A stretch of 64,000 bases of DNA from contig JAUFOR010000006.1 in NCBI GenBank assembly GCA_040285745.1, forward strand, positions 558,001 to 622,000, written 5' to 3'. Positions within the stretch are counted from its first letter, which is position 1. Every line of letters starts with the position of its first letter. The translations under genes were made by a program, and so were the position numbers. The stretch comes from Barthelona sp. PCE (Eukaryota). The notes below the pieces were generated by a model. That model was not told the origin of the DNA. It was given only the letters and a program-made list of their open reading frames with translations, and made no database searches. Positions 50,058 through 60,598 of this stretch are shown here, one piece after another.

Positions 50058-50978
50058 TGTACTTTGTGTATTAAGTGAAAAATGTGAAAGCAAGTATTCT
50101 GAGTTGTTATAGTATTCTATCTCTGGTAAATACTACTTTATATCATAAGTTCTCCCTTATTTACTTAATAAAATTGGTATATTTTGAACGCATGTACTAT
50201 TCATTGATCAATTAGGCTCACCAGTAATGTTTTCTGTCATTTTTAAAGTACAGAGGTTCCTTATTGCGTATATATTCCGTGTTAACCCGATAGTATAAGA
50301 CTAATGAAGCTTTGAAAACAACAAATCTTCCAATGAAACCTGCACAATACAATGGCATTCAATATCACTAAAACTAATTTATTACATATTATGGTCCATG
50401 AATATTGTGGATTATTGCTTTAAAATATGTTTAACTAATACAGATATAAACTTTCTTTTTTTAATCCCCAAATTTGATGTAAATACAGTTTCTATTTACT
50501 CTAATGAATAATTTGGTCTTTATAATGCAGATTTTTTGAGGCATAATCCACAGTATTTACTTTGAGTCTTATAATGCTATTAATTCAATCCCCATACCGA
50601 TAATCCATGGATATAACTCCAATTATACACTTTGAATAGACTACAGTAAGTAGCATTTCTCATATAATAATCCATAAAAGCTTATAAAAATTAAACATTA
50701 GTAGAGGGTTAAGTCTTATAATTTTTTATTAGTAAACTTGAAATTCTTCTACATCTATACGAAAATTAAAGTTTACATTAGATTTTTGATTTTCCCTAAT
50801 ATAAGAAATATCTTCCTACAATGGTAATAACTCAATTTCACACATTCTTTTAACTTAAAAACGCACATTTTAAAGGTCAAATGTCAAGCATTATAGAAGA
50901 AAATCATAAATTGTCATTCATAATTATTCCAAAAAAGCAGATAGTTTTACATATTATTTTATTGATAAAGATCAAGAA

Positions 50979-53021
50979 TTAGTTGGCCTGGGCTTCTAAC
51001 TCGTTGAGATTAACACGTAATGGAATGTTCTCAGGAACAAACATTTCAGAAATTTCATTAGCATAAATTTTTTTGATGTTTTTAGCAACGAGTTTAGAAG
51101 AAGGGGTGAGTGTACCTTCATCGACACTGAACTCAGTCTGGACGACATGAACGTTTCTAACAAACTCAAAAGGACGAAGACCAGAAAAATAAGAAATTTT
51201 TTGGAACTCTTCCAATAAGACATCTTTAACGTTCCCCATATCTTCATCCAGTCTTTCGACAATAGATGCAGGAATACCTTCCAAACTATCAACAACCTGA
51301 ACAACAGCGCACAAGAAAGAACGGTACTCACTTCCAACGACAATGAGGTTGGCAACTAGAGGACAAGCCTGTAAGCACTGTTCGATTTTGATTGGATTAA
51401 TGAATTCGCCTTGTGCAGTCTTGAAGATGTTTCCAACACGTTCAACAAATCGCAATTGTCCATTTGGAGTGATGGTGACGATATCACCAGTCTTATAGAA
51501 ACCGTCTTCTGTGATCTTAGTCTTTGTCAGGTTGGGGTCATGATAGTATTCCTTCATGACTGCGTCTGAACGCACCCAGAGCTCGCCACGTTTTCCACAG
51601 TAATCCTTGAGATAGTCTGGCGCATCCCAATGCCATTCACCGGGGACAGTACCCTCCTGTTGGGCAACGAAAATACCTTTTTCAGGACAATCAGCCAGTT
51701 TCAGTTCGACATCAGCGAAAGGGGTTCCACTATTTCCAAACTCGTAGATGGGGAATACCTGTGAAGCAATACCCGCGCTTGTTTCGGTGGTACCAATGCC
51801 GTCGACTACGGGACAGCTCAGACAAGCCATGAGAGTTTTTTGAACAATACCTCTAAGAGGCGCACTACCTGAAATGACCTGTTTCACTTTACCACCCAGC
51901 ATGCTTCGGATTTTACCAAAGACGATTCTATCGTACAACCAATGCGTGAGATCAAGACCGTGGGATCTATCGATGTTCTGAATCTTTGTGTTAAGAGCTC
52001 TATTAAAAAGACCTCTAACCACAGAACTACTACCTTCGACCTTTGCGAGAATACCAGCGTAGATCTTATCTAAAACACGAGGGACAGAAACAAACATTGT
52101 AGGCTGGGCTAATTTAATTTCTTCCAATAATTTTGGACGATCACCAGAGAAAAAGAAAGAAGAACCACCGCTTGTGATTGCAAGCCACTCAAGCTCAAGA
52201 CCAAAGACATGTGATAATGGAAGATATGAGAAAGAACGGAAGGGGACGACTGCAGCAATAAATCTAGTCATATACTTGTCGCACGTTCCCAATATATTTC
52301 TATTCGTAAGAACAACACCCTTGGGTAAACCAGTGGTACCGCTTGAGAAGATGATGGAAGCGTTGCTATCAGCATTAGTGATACGGATAGGCTCAATGAA
52401 GTGTTCCTCAGCATCAATCTCAATTTCGGAAATTATAGCAGCACCAGTATGGATAATTTTGTTGAATGCAATGGCCTTTTCTCCAAGAACAGCTTTGATT
52501 TCATCAGAAATTTCATCACAATTCAAAATAACATAAATTTCAGGTTTGGCGAGCTCTTCAGAACTCAGTTGACTGAGAGTTTTTGTGACATATTCAGCCT
52601 GGACAACGACAACACGAGGTTTAACAGAGTGCCAAATGTACAACAGGTTTTCAGCAAAAACAGCTGTGTAAAGAGGCACAAGAACTTTTTGCAAGGAAGT
52701 AGCACCAATTGAACATGTCATCCAATCAATGGTGTTGTTACCCATGATAACTATCTCCTCAAAATCTTCATCAATTTGGGGAAAAATATTACGAAGACCA
52801 TAAACAAAACTGTTAACTCGTCCGTTCATTTGTCTGTATGAAATCTCATGGTATGCATCGCGAGTTTCATTTAATACACCGTAAAGAGTACTATCATTGA
52901 ATGAAGTTACTGAATTACAGAATGCTTCGTACATAGTACGTTCTGCCGGTTTGTAATCCCTGTAGGTGAAGGGCATGTTCGGGATAGGCCTGCGTGGCCA
53001 TTTTTCGTTCTGCACTGACAT
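50979..53021 (-). CDS. Long-chain fatty acyl-CoA synthetase
   Basis: IIFSSGTTGLPKGV, SYLPLSH, VPRVLDKIY, SGSAPL, GTTET, YKTGD and FKTAQGEFINP.KIE motifs. Confidence 0.95.
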   Translation of the reverse strand: MSVQNEKWPRRPIPNMPFTYRDYKPAERTMYEAFCNSVTSFNDSTLYGVLNETRDAYHEISYRQMNGRVNSFVYGLRNIFPQIDEDFEEIVIMGNNTIDWMTCSIGATSLQKVLVPLYTAVFAENLLYIWHSVKPRVVVVQAEYVTKTLSQLSSEELAKPEIYVILNCDEISDEIKAVLGEKAIAFNKIIHTGAAIISEIEIDAEEHFIEPIRITNADSNASIIFSSGTTGLPKGVVLTNRNILGTCDKYMTRFIAAVVPFRSFSYLPLSHVFGLELEWLAITSGGSSFFFSGDRPKLLEEIKLAQPTMFVSVPRVLDKIYAGILAKVEGSSSVVRGLFNRALNTKIQNIDRSHGLDLTHWLYDRIVFGKIRSMLGGKVKQVISGSAPLRGIVQKTLMACLSCPVVDGIGTTETSAGIASQVFPIYEFGNSGTPFADVELKLADCPEKGIFVAQQEGTVPGEWHWDAPDYLKDYCGKRGELWVRSDAVMKEYYHDPNLTKTKITEDGFYKTGDIVTITPNGQLRFVERVGNIFKTAQGEFINPIKIEQCLQACPLVANLIVVGSEYRSFLCAVVQVVDSLEGIPASIVERLDEDMGNVKDVLLEEFQKISYFSGLRPFEFVRNVHVVQTEFSVDEGTLTPSSKLVAKNIKKIYANEISEMFVPENIPLRVNLNELEAQAN

Positions 53022-53552
53022 TGATTTAAGTAGAATACTTTAAAACAGGCTTAGTTCTTTTGTGATGCAGGTATTTCACTTGGATATGGTAGTTGTATGC
53101 ATATCAGTAACGTTGCACATGCTTTAAAAGCTTAGACTGGAATAGCAAAATCATGTTTTCTCATATCAAAATTTCTAATTTATTTTCGATAATTTTACAC
53201 ACGCAGGAGGGTTATGTCAAGATTTTCTTTGAACCAGCTTTTATTGAAAGATTCTTGTTGAGTTGTCATCTTGAGATAACAATTTTTAACTTATTAGTTC
53301 TTTGAAAGGGGGATTCACTGTTTATTAAGTGGCTAAATCAGTTCAATACCCCTGTACTGGAGAAAATTCATTGATTGCATTCGTTAATTTCTCAAAAGTT
53401 ATTTATTGGGTTTTATATCCAGAATTAAGTTTAATACGATAGATTCAGCCACAGAGACATTTTTGCTTTGCTTTTTTTTCTACATCCCTTTTTTCTTTTT
53501 TTGTAATTGAATGCAAAAAATTCAGTACGAACAAAGTGGAGAGAGAACAAGC

Positions 53553-55934
53553 ATGTGCTTTTTCATCTCTCTTTTCATCTTTATTCTCTTGATATTTTTT
53601 AGTGCAGATAGACCGTCTGTAGTTTATGAGAGACAAGTTTACGATGATTTATTGGGCAAGTTGGACGTTGGTCCCCACATGGCTGGCACACCAGCATATA
53701 AATTAGCTCATAACAATGTGTTGGAGTATTATCAGAGCCTACAGAACATTTATCCTCAGCTTGAAATCGAAAATGAACCTATATCTGGTTATGAGGAGAT
53801 TATTGGTCGTAATATAAGCTTTAAAGGTCTCAGAAACATTGCTGTTCGTATACCTGGCACCAAATCAAACAAGAGCAAGGCAATTTTGCTAAGTGGACAC
53901 CTTGACTCCGTCGATTACTCGCCTGGCGTAAGCGATGATGGTGTAGCAGTCATTTCAATGATGTCATTAGCAAGTAAGCTCTTGGTTAAACCCATTGAAG
54001 TTGATGTGATCATCCTTCACAGTGAGGGCGAGGAAGTGGGCCTCATGGGCGCGCACGTGTTCACCAAGTACTCAAAATGGAAGGATGATATCGCCTTTGC
54101 TGTGAACCTAGACGCTTTAGGAAGCGAATCAGGACAAGTTTTATTCCGCGTTACTGGTCCAACATCATCACTGGTTGCGTTACACAACACATACGAGAGC
54201 TCAATGAGCTTTCTTGGACTGGGTGCGTTACATGCCTCGCGTAAAATAGGTTATGTTAAGTCAATCACAGATACAGAGATTCTTAAGGAAAATTACCCAA
54301 CAATGGACTATGTGATGTTGCCCAAAACACGATTTACATACCACTCAAGAGCTGATTCAAAAAAGTACATGAATTTTGATGCTTTTGCACTTGCTGAGCA
54401 GCAGATATCAAGTATTCTGAGGAGTGTTACACCTTCTCAAGTGAATGAAATCGCCAATTCAAATGAAAAGAGCGATACAGACGTTGATGATAGTGCCTTC
54501 ATGGGTATTTCTACTTTGACTATAGTAATAGTTTCAATTATCTGCATTTCCTTTTCTCTTTACATTATGCCCAAGAAGAAAGAGATTTTGGCAGCTTATG
54601 GTAAAAGCATGGCATCTATTGGTCTGATTCCATTAGTTTATCTGATTTTTTTCAATTTGTTTGATTTGTTTGATCTATTTATTCCTTTCACCTATTTTCA
54701 ACCAAAATTCGTTTATCTAGTGCTCATAACTATGGGAACAGTATCTCTTATTGCATTTTCATTTATTCCCAATTACCGTTTCCTCTACTTTCTTGTTGGC
54801 ATAACTTTTTCTTGGTTGACTGTTGCTTTACTTGTGTTTGTCGCTTTGGTTTTTGGAGGTTCATCATTAAACCGCATTTTCGCTGTTGTAACAGGTAGTT
54901 TGAGTACATTAGTAACCATTATTTCATGCTTGTGCTTTGCTGATGATCGAAAAATGGAAAAAATTCGTGATTCGTATAGACTAATTAACGACGACGATCG
55001 CGTCAACCGTGATCATTTCACAACCTTTTGGGGTAACAAGTACAACATGGAAGCTGTTATTCTTGTTGTTGGTAGTGGTTGTTTGGGTATAATATATATG
55101 GCTCCAACAATTTTACGCCTTTTACCATTGCTTATTTCTCAATATTTTAGACCGATTTTGTCTGTAGATGCGTGGTTGGATTCATTGATAAAGGTTTGGA
55201 TCTATTTTGGATCATTTGTTACGATTTTAATTGTATTTCCAATTTCTTTTGTTATGTACTTTTTGAGAAAGTCAAGAAAGAGATTTTTATTCAGCTCAGT
55301 TATTCTTCTCATTGCAATGATCATTGCAGCATGTATCATAACACCTTACAGCGATGCATCACCTGCCTTGGTGCAACCTGCTTCCGTGTGGGATGTTAAC
55401 AATGACCGGAAATTCACAATACTTCAAGCACAGACTCCTATATCACGTGATACTTTGTCAGCAATAGCAATCAAGGATGATATTCAAGAAATAACAGATT
55501 GCCCACATTTCAACAACCTGTTCAGTATGGATGATAGCAAGAGGAAGAATAATGGGAAATATAGATATCTAGGGGAAGTATGCACAGATGAGGTTGATAC
55601 TTTTCCCGAGCAGCGTCCAACAATAACAACAATTGCATCAGATGCCGAAACAGTGACGCTACGTTTTTATGCATTCAATTCTTCAAGGATTTCAGTTTTT
55701 GGCGAGGACAGTCATAATCTTGGGTTTATATTGGGTGACACACCGGAAGTTGTTTTCCAGTACCCGAAAAAGCAGGCCAACTATCACTTTATCGCAGGTT
55801 ATAATGGCTATCCCAATGTATACAGTCGTTATCCTTCATATATTAGTGGTTTTGGTGGTAGCATTGATATTCCACCCAAATTTATGTACATAGGGTTCAG
55901 CATTGATGATAATGGAAACGTAACCATTGGTTAA
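53553..55934 (+). CDS. M28-family membrane metallopeptidase (ERMP1-like)
   Basis: SGHLDSV...PG.SDDG..V, EGEEVGLMGA, NLDA.G, TD and YHS..D motifs, followed by multiple TM helices. Confidence 0.88.
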   Translation: MCFFISLFIFILLIFFSADRPSVVYERQVYDDLLGKLDVGPHMAGTPAYKLAHNNVLEYYQSLQNIYPQLEIENEPISGYEEIIGRNISFKGLRNIAVRIPGTKSNKSKAILLSGHLDSVDYSPGVSDDGVAVISMMSLASKLLVKPIEVDVIILHSEGEEVGLMGAHVFTKYSKWKDDIAFAVNLDALGSESGQVLFRVTGPTSSLVALHNTYESSMSFLGLGALHASRKIGYVKSITDTEILKENYPTMDYVMLPKTRFTYHSRADSKKYMNFDAFALAEQQISSILRSVTPSQVNEIANSNEKSDTDVDDSAFMGISTLTIVIVSIICISFSLYIMPKKKEILAAYGKSMASIGLIPLVYLIFFNLFDLFDLFIPFTYFQPKFVYLVLITMGTVSLIAFSFIPNYRFLYFLVGITFSWLTVALLVFVALVFGGSSLNRIFAVVTGSLSTLVTIISCLCFADDRKMEKIRDSYRLINDDDRVNRDHFTTFWGNKYNMEAVILVVGSGCLGIIYMAPTILRLLPLLISQYFRPILSVDAWLDSLIKVWIYFGSFVTILIVFPISFVMYFLRKSRKRFLFSSVILLIAMIIAACIITPYSDASPALVQPASVWDVNNDRKFTILQAQTPISRDTLSAIAIKDDIQEITDCPHFNNLFSMDDSKRKNNGKYRYLGEVCTDEVDTFPEQRPTITTIASDAETVTLRFYAFNSSRISVFGEDSHNLGFILGDTPEVVFQYPKKQANYHFIAGYNGYPNVYSRYPSYISGFGGSIDIPPKFMYIGFSIDDNGNVTIG

Positions 55935-56174
55935 TTAAGTAAATATGTTTGTTTTTTTATAAAGGTATTTTTGAAAAGAAAGTAAATACTTCAATTTAGA
56001 ATATCATTTTCGAATTCACTATTTTATGATCAAATCCAACAAATATTAACAATACAAATGTAATTGAAAGAAAAATCCTAAAATATGAACGTGAATGAAT
56101 TTCCTAAACATATGGATATATCAACACATGTTTATACATACGTTCATTGTCAGACATTAACACCCATTCATTGG

Positions 56175-56426
56175 TTAACCAAAAATTACATCCATTCCTA
56201 TCTCATAGTCGGTTTCAGAACCACTTGAAGATACATTACGATGTGTAAAGTCTGTAGCGACATTTTTACCCATATCAGCAACTTCATGCTCGATATCTGT
56301 CATCCTTCTCACCATAGCTCTGACTTCTTCACCTAGCGCGAGAACATCCATTTCAATTTTCTTCTGATTTCTTGCAATTTTGTACAGATCATTTTCTACT
56401 GCCTCGATCTTGTCTTTAGCAGACAT
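56175..56426 (-). CDS. Small coiled-coil protein
   Basis: 83-aa ORF with heptad pattern (IEAVENDLYKIARNQKKIEMDVLALGEEVRAM). Confidence 0.55.
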   Translation of the reverse strand: MSAKDKIEAVENDLYKIARNQKKIEMDVLALGEEVRAMVRRMTDIEHEVADMGKNVATDFTHRNVSSSGSETDYEIGMDVIFG

Positions 56427-56598
56427 ATTCACACAAATAATGAATGAAAGAGAAGAAGAAAAATTTTACAAATTTTTTTTCATATCTAAGTTCCAAACGC
56501 CCATATGCTTCGTTACTGAACTCCACTGTCTGAACAAACCTTTAAAAGTAGGCATTCGAACTTCCATGATTGGACCTATATCGTAATTAGTGGAAATC

Positions 56599-59500
56599 TA
56601 GTTGTGCGCAAGAGACCATATGTATTAGTAAACACCTATGTCCAACATTCAATTTATTTGATTTTATAGATTTCAGTCCAGATTTCTAAAAAAACTGGAA
56701 TTACTTTAATCACCCCTATCTAACAACGAGTATAAAAACAAAGTTGACAGATGGCATACCCTCTCTCAGAACTGCTCATATCAAGAGAGGATAACTTCTT
56801 AATGGTTGAAGAAGAATATGAAATTCAAAAACCTACGCTATATAACGATGAAAACCCTGCACCTGATCCAGGCACTAACGATCTTGTTGTGGAAGCGATT
56901 TATAACAGTCAAGGTATAGAGTTCAAGAAAAGGGTTGATATTCACAATTTAATACATTTGCCCTGTTCGTATAAAGATTTCTCTTGCAGGCTGATCCCTA
57001 TTGCCAACAAAGACTCATTTTTTAACAACATTTTGAGGGATGGTGCTGATGTAGGTAGATACAAAAAAAATGCAATATCACTCAAAAATTGGCTGTTTAA
57101 GCTGATAGATCCATTAACGGGGCAAGCTGTATATAACATGCTACCTTTTCTAAATCGTTTAAGAATGCTGTGTGCATCTATAGTCAAAAACCCAAATTAC
57201 CCTTATTCTGAAAAGCTAAAAAAGGATTACCAAACTTTGATAGATTGCGCAAATAACGGCAGAATAATTAAATATGAAGGTAAGAACATCACAAAAAGGG
57301 TTAAAGATGCGATTTACAATCCACCCTTATCGTATCACAAGAGTTCAAGTTTTTTTTGTGCAAAGTTTTGGTTAAAGGTGTATAGTTTGAAGTACAGTGT
57401 AGCCAAAAGGTTGTTTGAATGCGAAATCCCGAATATTCTTTATAATCCCTTTCTTTCAAATATTTCTACATGCGAAAATAGGAATATAGTAGCGATGTCT
57501 GTTAGAATTAACAATGAAAATGTGATTAATGACAATTCAAAACATGTTTCCAGATACTTCTCTAAGCTAGTATTAGCAAATAGTCTTAGGAACGCGAAAG
57601 AAAGTATTAAGGATGAGTTCACCACCAAGCGGGGGGTGGAAGGAGCATTCTTTAAATACCTCCGTATTATAACTAATTTTCATGCATTTATCACTGAATG
57701 GTTGTTAAAGATTTTTATTGAAAAAGACTTGCCAATATGTTTGCAGTATGATGCTTCAAGATTAGATGGTCGTGAGTCTATCATCATCATGCTTGATGTG
57801 CCAAATTTTGGTGAACATAATGTACCTCCACCAGAGCATGAAATTTTTAATGAAAAAACTGAAGTTTTTATAAGCAACACTATGACAATAGATGTCATTA
57901 GATATCTTGACTGGCTTAAAAATAAGAACCTTGTTGTCCTATGCCAAAAGATTAATGGCGTTAGAAGTTATGGTGAGCCTCCTTTTCACCGAACCTCAGT
58001 TACGGGAAAAACAGCGTATGATCTGGGTATTTGGCTGCTTGATTTCTTAGTTGACAGAGGAATTTTGAAGACTTATTCATTACCTACTTTCTTATTTCAT
58101 GGAAAATCTCCAATAATGGTAGAAAATACCATATCCACATTTCCAGAGAAAGTAACGTACAAATTGGATGCTAAAAGAGAGATTGAATTAACATTTGCAT
58201 CATCATATATTGAAGAAAATGTGAGGATCATCATTGGAACTGATGGTGGTAATCCTGAAATTATGTTGTGTGAAATGCTATCCCGCCATCATGAACAGTT
58301 TATGCACTCTCCATGCTTTGCACACATATCGCACAACTTGATCACCAAGTCGATGACGTTTAACCTCGTATTAGAGGATGCAGAAAGATGCTGGTCCAAT
58401 TTATTAAACGTTATGAATTGGAAGGAGTTAGGAGAAATGATTACCAACGGACAAAAAAGTCTTTTAGCTGAATTCCGGTTGATCTTAAACTATTTCAATG
58501 GTGGTGCAAGTGTTCCCAGTATTGATTCAAACTACTTCAAAAAAGTTAAATCTATTTGTCTTTTGAAGACATTCCGTAATGCAGGAATTAGCATCGAGAA
58601 AAACCCTATCAATCGTTGGAACAATAAGGTTGATTGTGAAGTCATTGAGCCTTCAGATGCAGAGTTGAAGAGCAACCCTATGATTTGTGAAGATTTTTTA
58701 ATGGGGTATGAGAATCGCAAGCTTCAAGTACTCAAAGAGCTCGGACAAGATAGGAAATATATGGGTCTGAGGGTTAATGACAAGATCAGAAACGAGGCAG
58801 GTGTTGAAATTGAAGATTCAGATAGACTGAAGGAGATGTATGATAGATACAAAAAATTCTCATACATACATTGCAATATTCCCATTATTACCATGGCATC
58901 AATCATACAGAAGGAACACGTGGAACTCAAGTTCTTCGCATATGTTCAATCGTTGATCAATGTTGAGTTGTGGAAGATATTTTTAGAAAATGATGATAAT
59001 AAGTTAGATAATGTACGTTGGCAAGCAACTGAAGACTTCTTCCGTGTATTCACTATGTGTTTTCGGCCCGATGAATTGAAAGAAGAGTTCAAACTAGGAG
59101 AGGATCTTTTGGGAATGTAGTAAGATATACAGGATAATTATGGAGAGATTTATTTTGATCCAGCGTATTGCTTGCTCTGCTCGATACAGCGTGTTGAATG
59201 TTTACTGTGAGATTTCACAAATGCTTGTAGTTTTAACGTTTTTGAAGGAGAGGTTCGCCAACAATAGTTTTGTTTTACGTTACACAAATGCTTTGGAGAT
59301 GTATGTTGTTCGATATTTGAGTGAGAAATTCATTCAAGCTCAAGCATTAGTAGCTTTTTTGATGTGTGATTTAGATTCAGTTAAGTTAAGTGGTTTTGAT
59401 TTTGGTGATACAGCTACAGCTAATTATCTCTCCCAGTTGAGCATCAAATATGTTGATAAAGATTTGACAACAGAAACTCTTAACGGACTCAAAGTAACTA

Positions 59501-60555
59501 TGTGTTACCATTTCCTTCGATCACGATTGAACCCTGATAAACAGAAACCCAACACAACAACAGGTTGTTTTGATACCTCCCACTTCACAAATTGGTCTCA
59601 GTATGCTTTGAGTTATGTCTATTATGCCGAAAACAGGGGTGAAAAGGTGAGAGGTTTGGTTGGTTATATTGCATGTGTGCTACAAGATTCCAAACACTTT
59701 GCTTACTCACCTAATGATCCCATTATGCCGCCAGAAGAACCACTACAACTAGATTTGGAGCCGAATAATCGTCAACAATATGACAATGCATCCGAGTATT
59801 ATAAATCTCCCGAATCACAACGGCGAAAAGCTAGAATTGCTGCAGCGAGCTCTGCTAACGTAATGGAACTACCGCGCCAATTACAGAGGACATCTTCAGA
59901 ACCGCAATCTGCAAGAACGGTTGACGATGCTCTGGATTATTTAAATAATGATAGTGTTCGAAAGTTTTTTGATGGAGAAGAAGGTTCCTCTAAGTTTGTC
60001 AATTCGGAAATGATCCGTATAGCCTTAGTTAGGGGTTACACTGCACTGCCAAGTTATCTTCAATCGAGCTTTAAAAATTTCCTTACTCCTTTCAAATTCT
60101 ACTCACCCTCTAACAACGCTGTTGAAAGTGCTTTCAGTAGATTGAAGAATAATATTAGTAGTAATCAACAACGAATTGGAGACGATAATTATTATGGTTT
60201 ATTTATGGCTCGTGTCGTTCCAGGAACACCTGTGTTACCATATATAACGATAACACAACAATAAATATATGTTTATGATGTTTAGACACCTTTTTTTCAA
60301 CTGCTGCAACTCCAAGAATAAAGCAATCAAATCTGATTAATCTGTATCCAAAACCTATATTCAAAACCTATATGTTTACATTAGCGTTCCCTATCATTCA
60401 ATGTTACGACATTAGTAAATCTATAATCTATATTTGGCAAACCCTATTTAAAAGCATAATACAATCTATAGTAGATTTATTGGAAAAATTCAGCATCTGA
60501 ATGGAAGCAAAGTGACAGAAAAACAGCTCTTTAACATATGCTCTAGTGTAAACTA
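56599..60555 (+). mobile_element. hAT-superfamily DNA transposon (about 3.96 kb); ends inferred from degenerate TIRs
   Basis: Contains a hAT transposase. Left end TAGTTGTGCGCAAGAGACCATATGT vs reverse complement of right end TAGTTTACACTAGAGCATATGT; flanks GGAAATC / GGTAATC. Confidence 0.65.
56751..60264 (+). pseudogene. hAT transposase (about 1170 aa if fused) split by a +1 frameshift near 59106-59110
   Basis: ORF1 has LQYDAS (D1), IGTDGG (D2), PCFAH..HNL (CxxH) and VRWQAT. ORF2 ends in the hAT dimerisation motif SPSNNAVESAFS....S...RIG (catalytic E). Removing one T from CTTTT joins the frames as EDLWECSK. Confidence 0.85.
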
Positions 60556-60598
60556 GGTAATCAATGAAGCTATGAAACTCCAACTACTGTTCAGAGTT

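Noticed and set aside
59118-59123. Stop-codon readthrough or reassignment (TAG TAA) joining the transposase ORFs
   Set aside because: The two ORFs are in different frames, all three stops terminate conserved genes elsewhere in the window, and no plausible intron fits.
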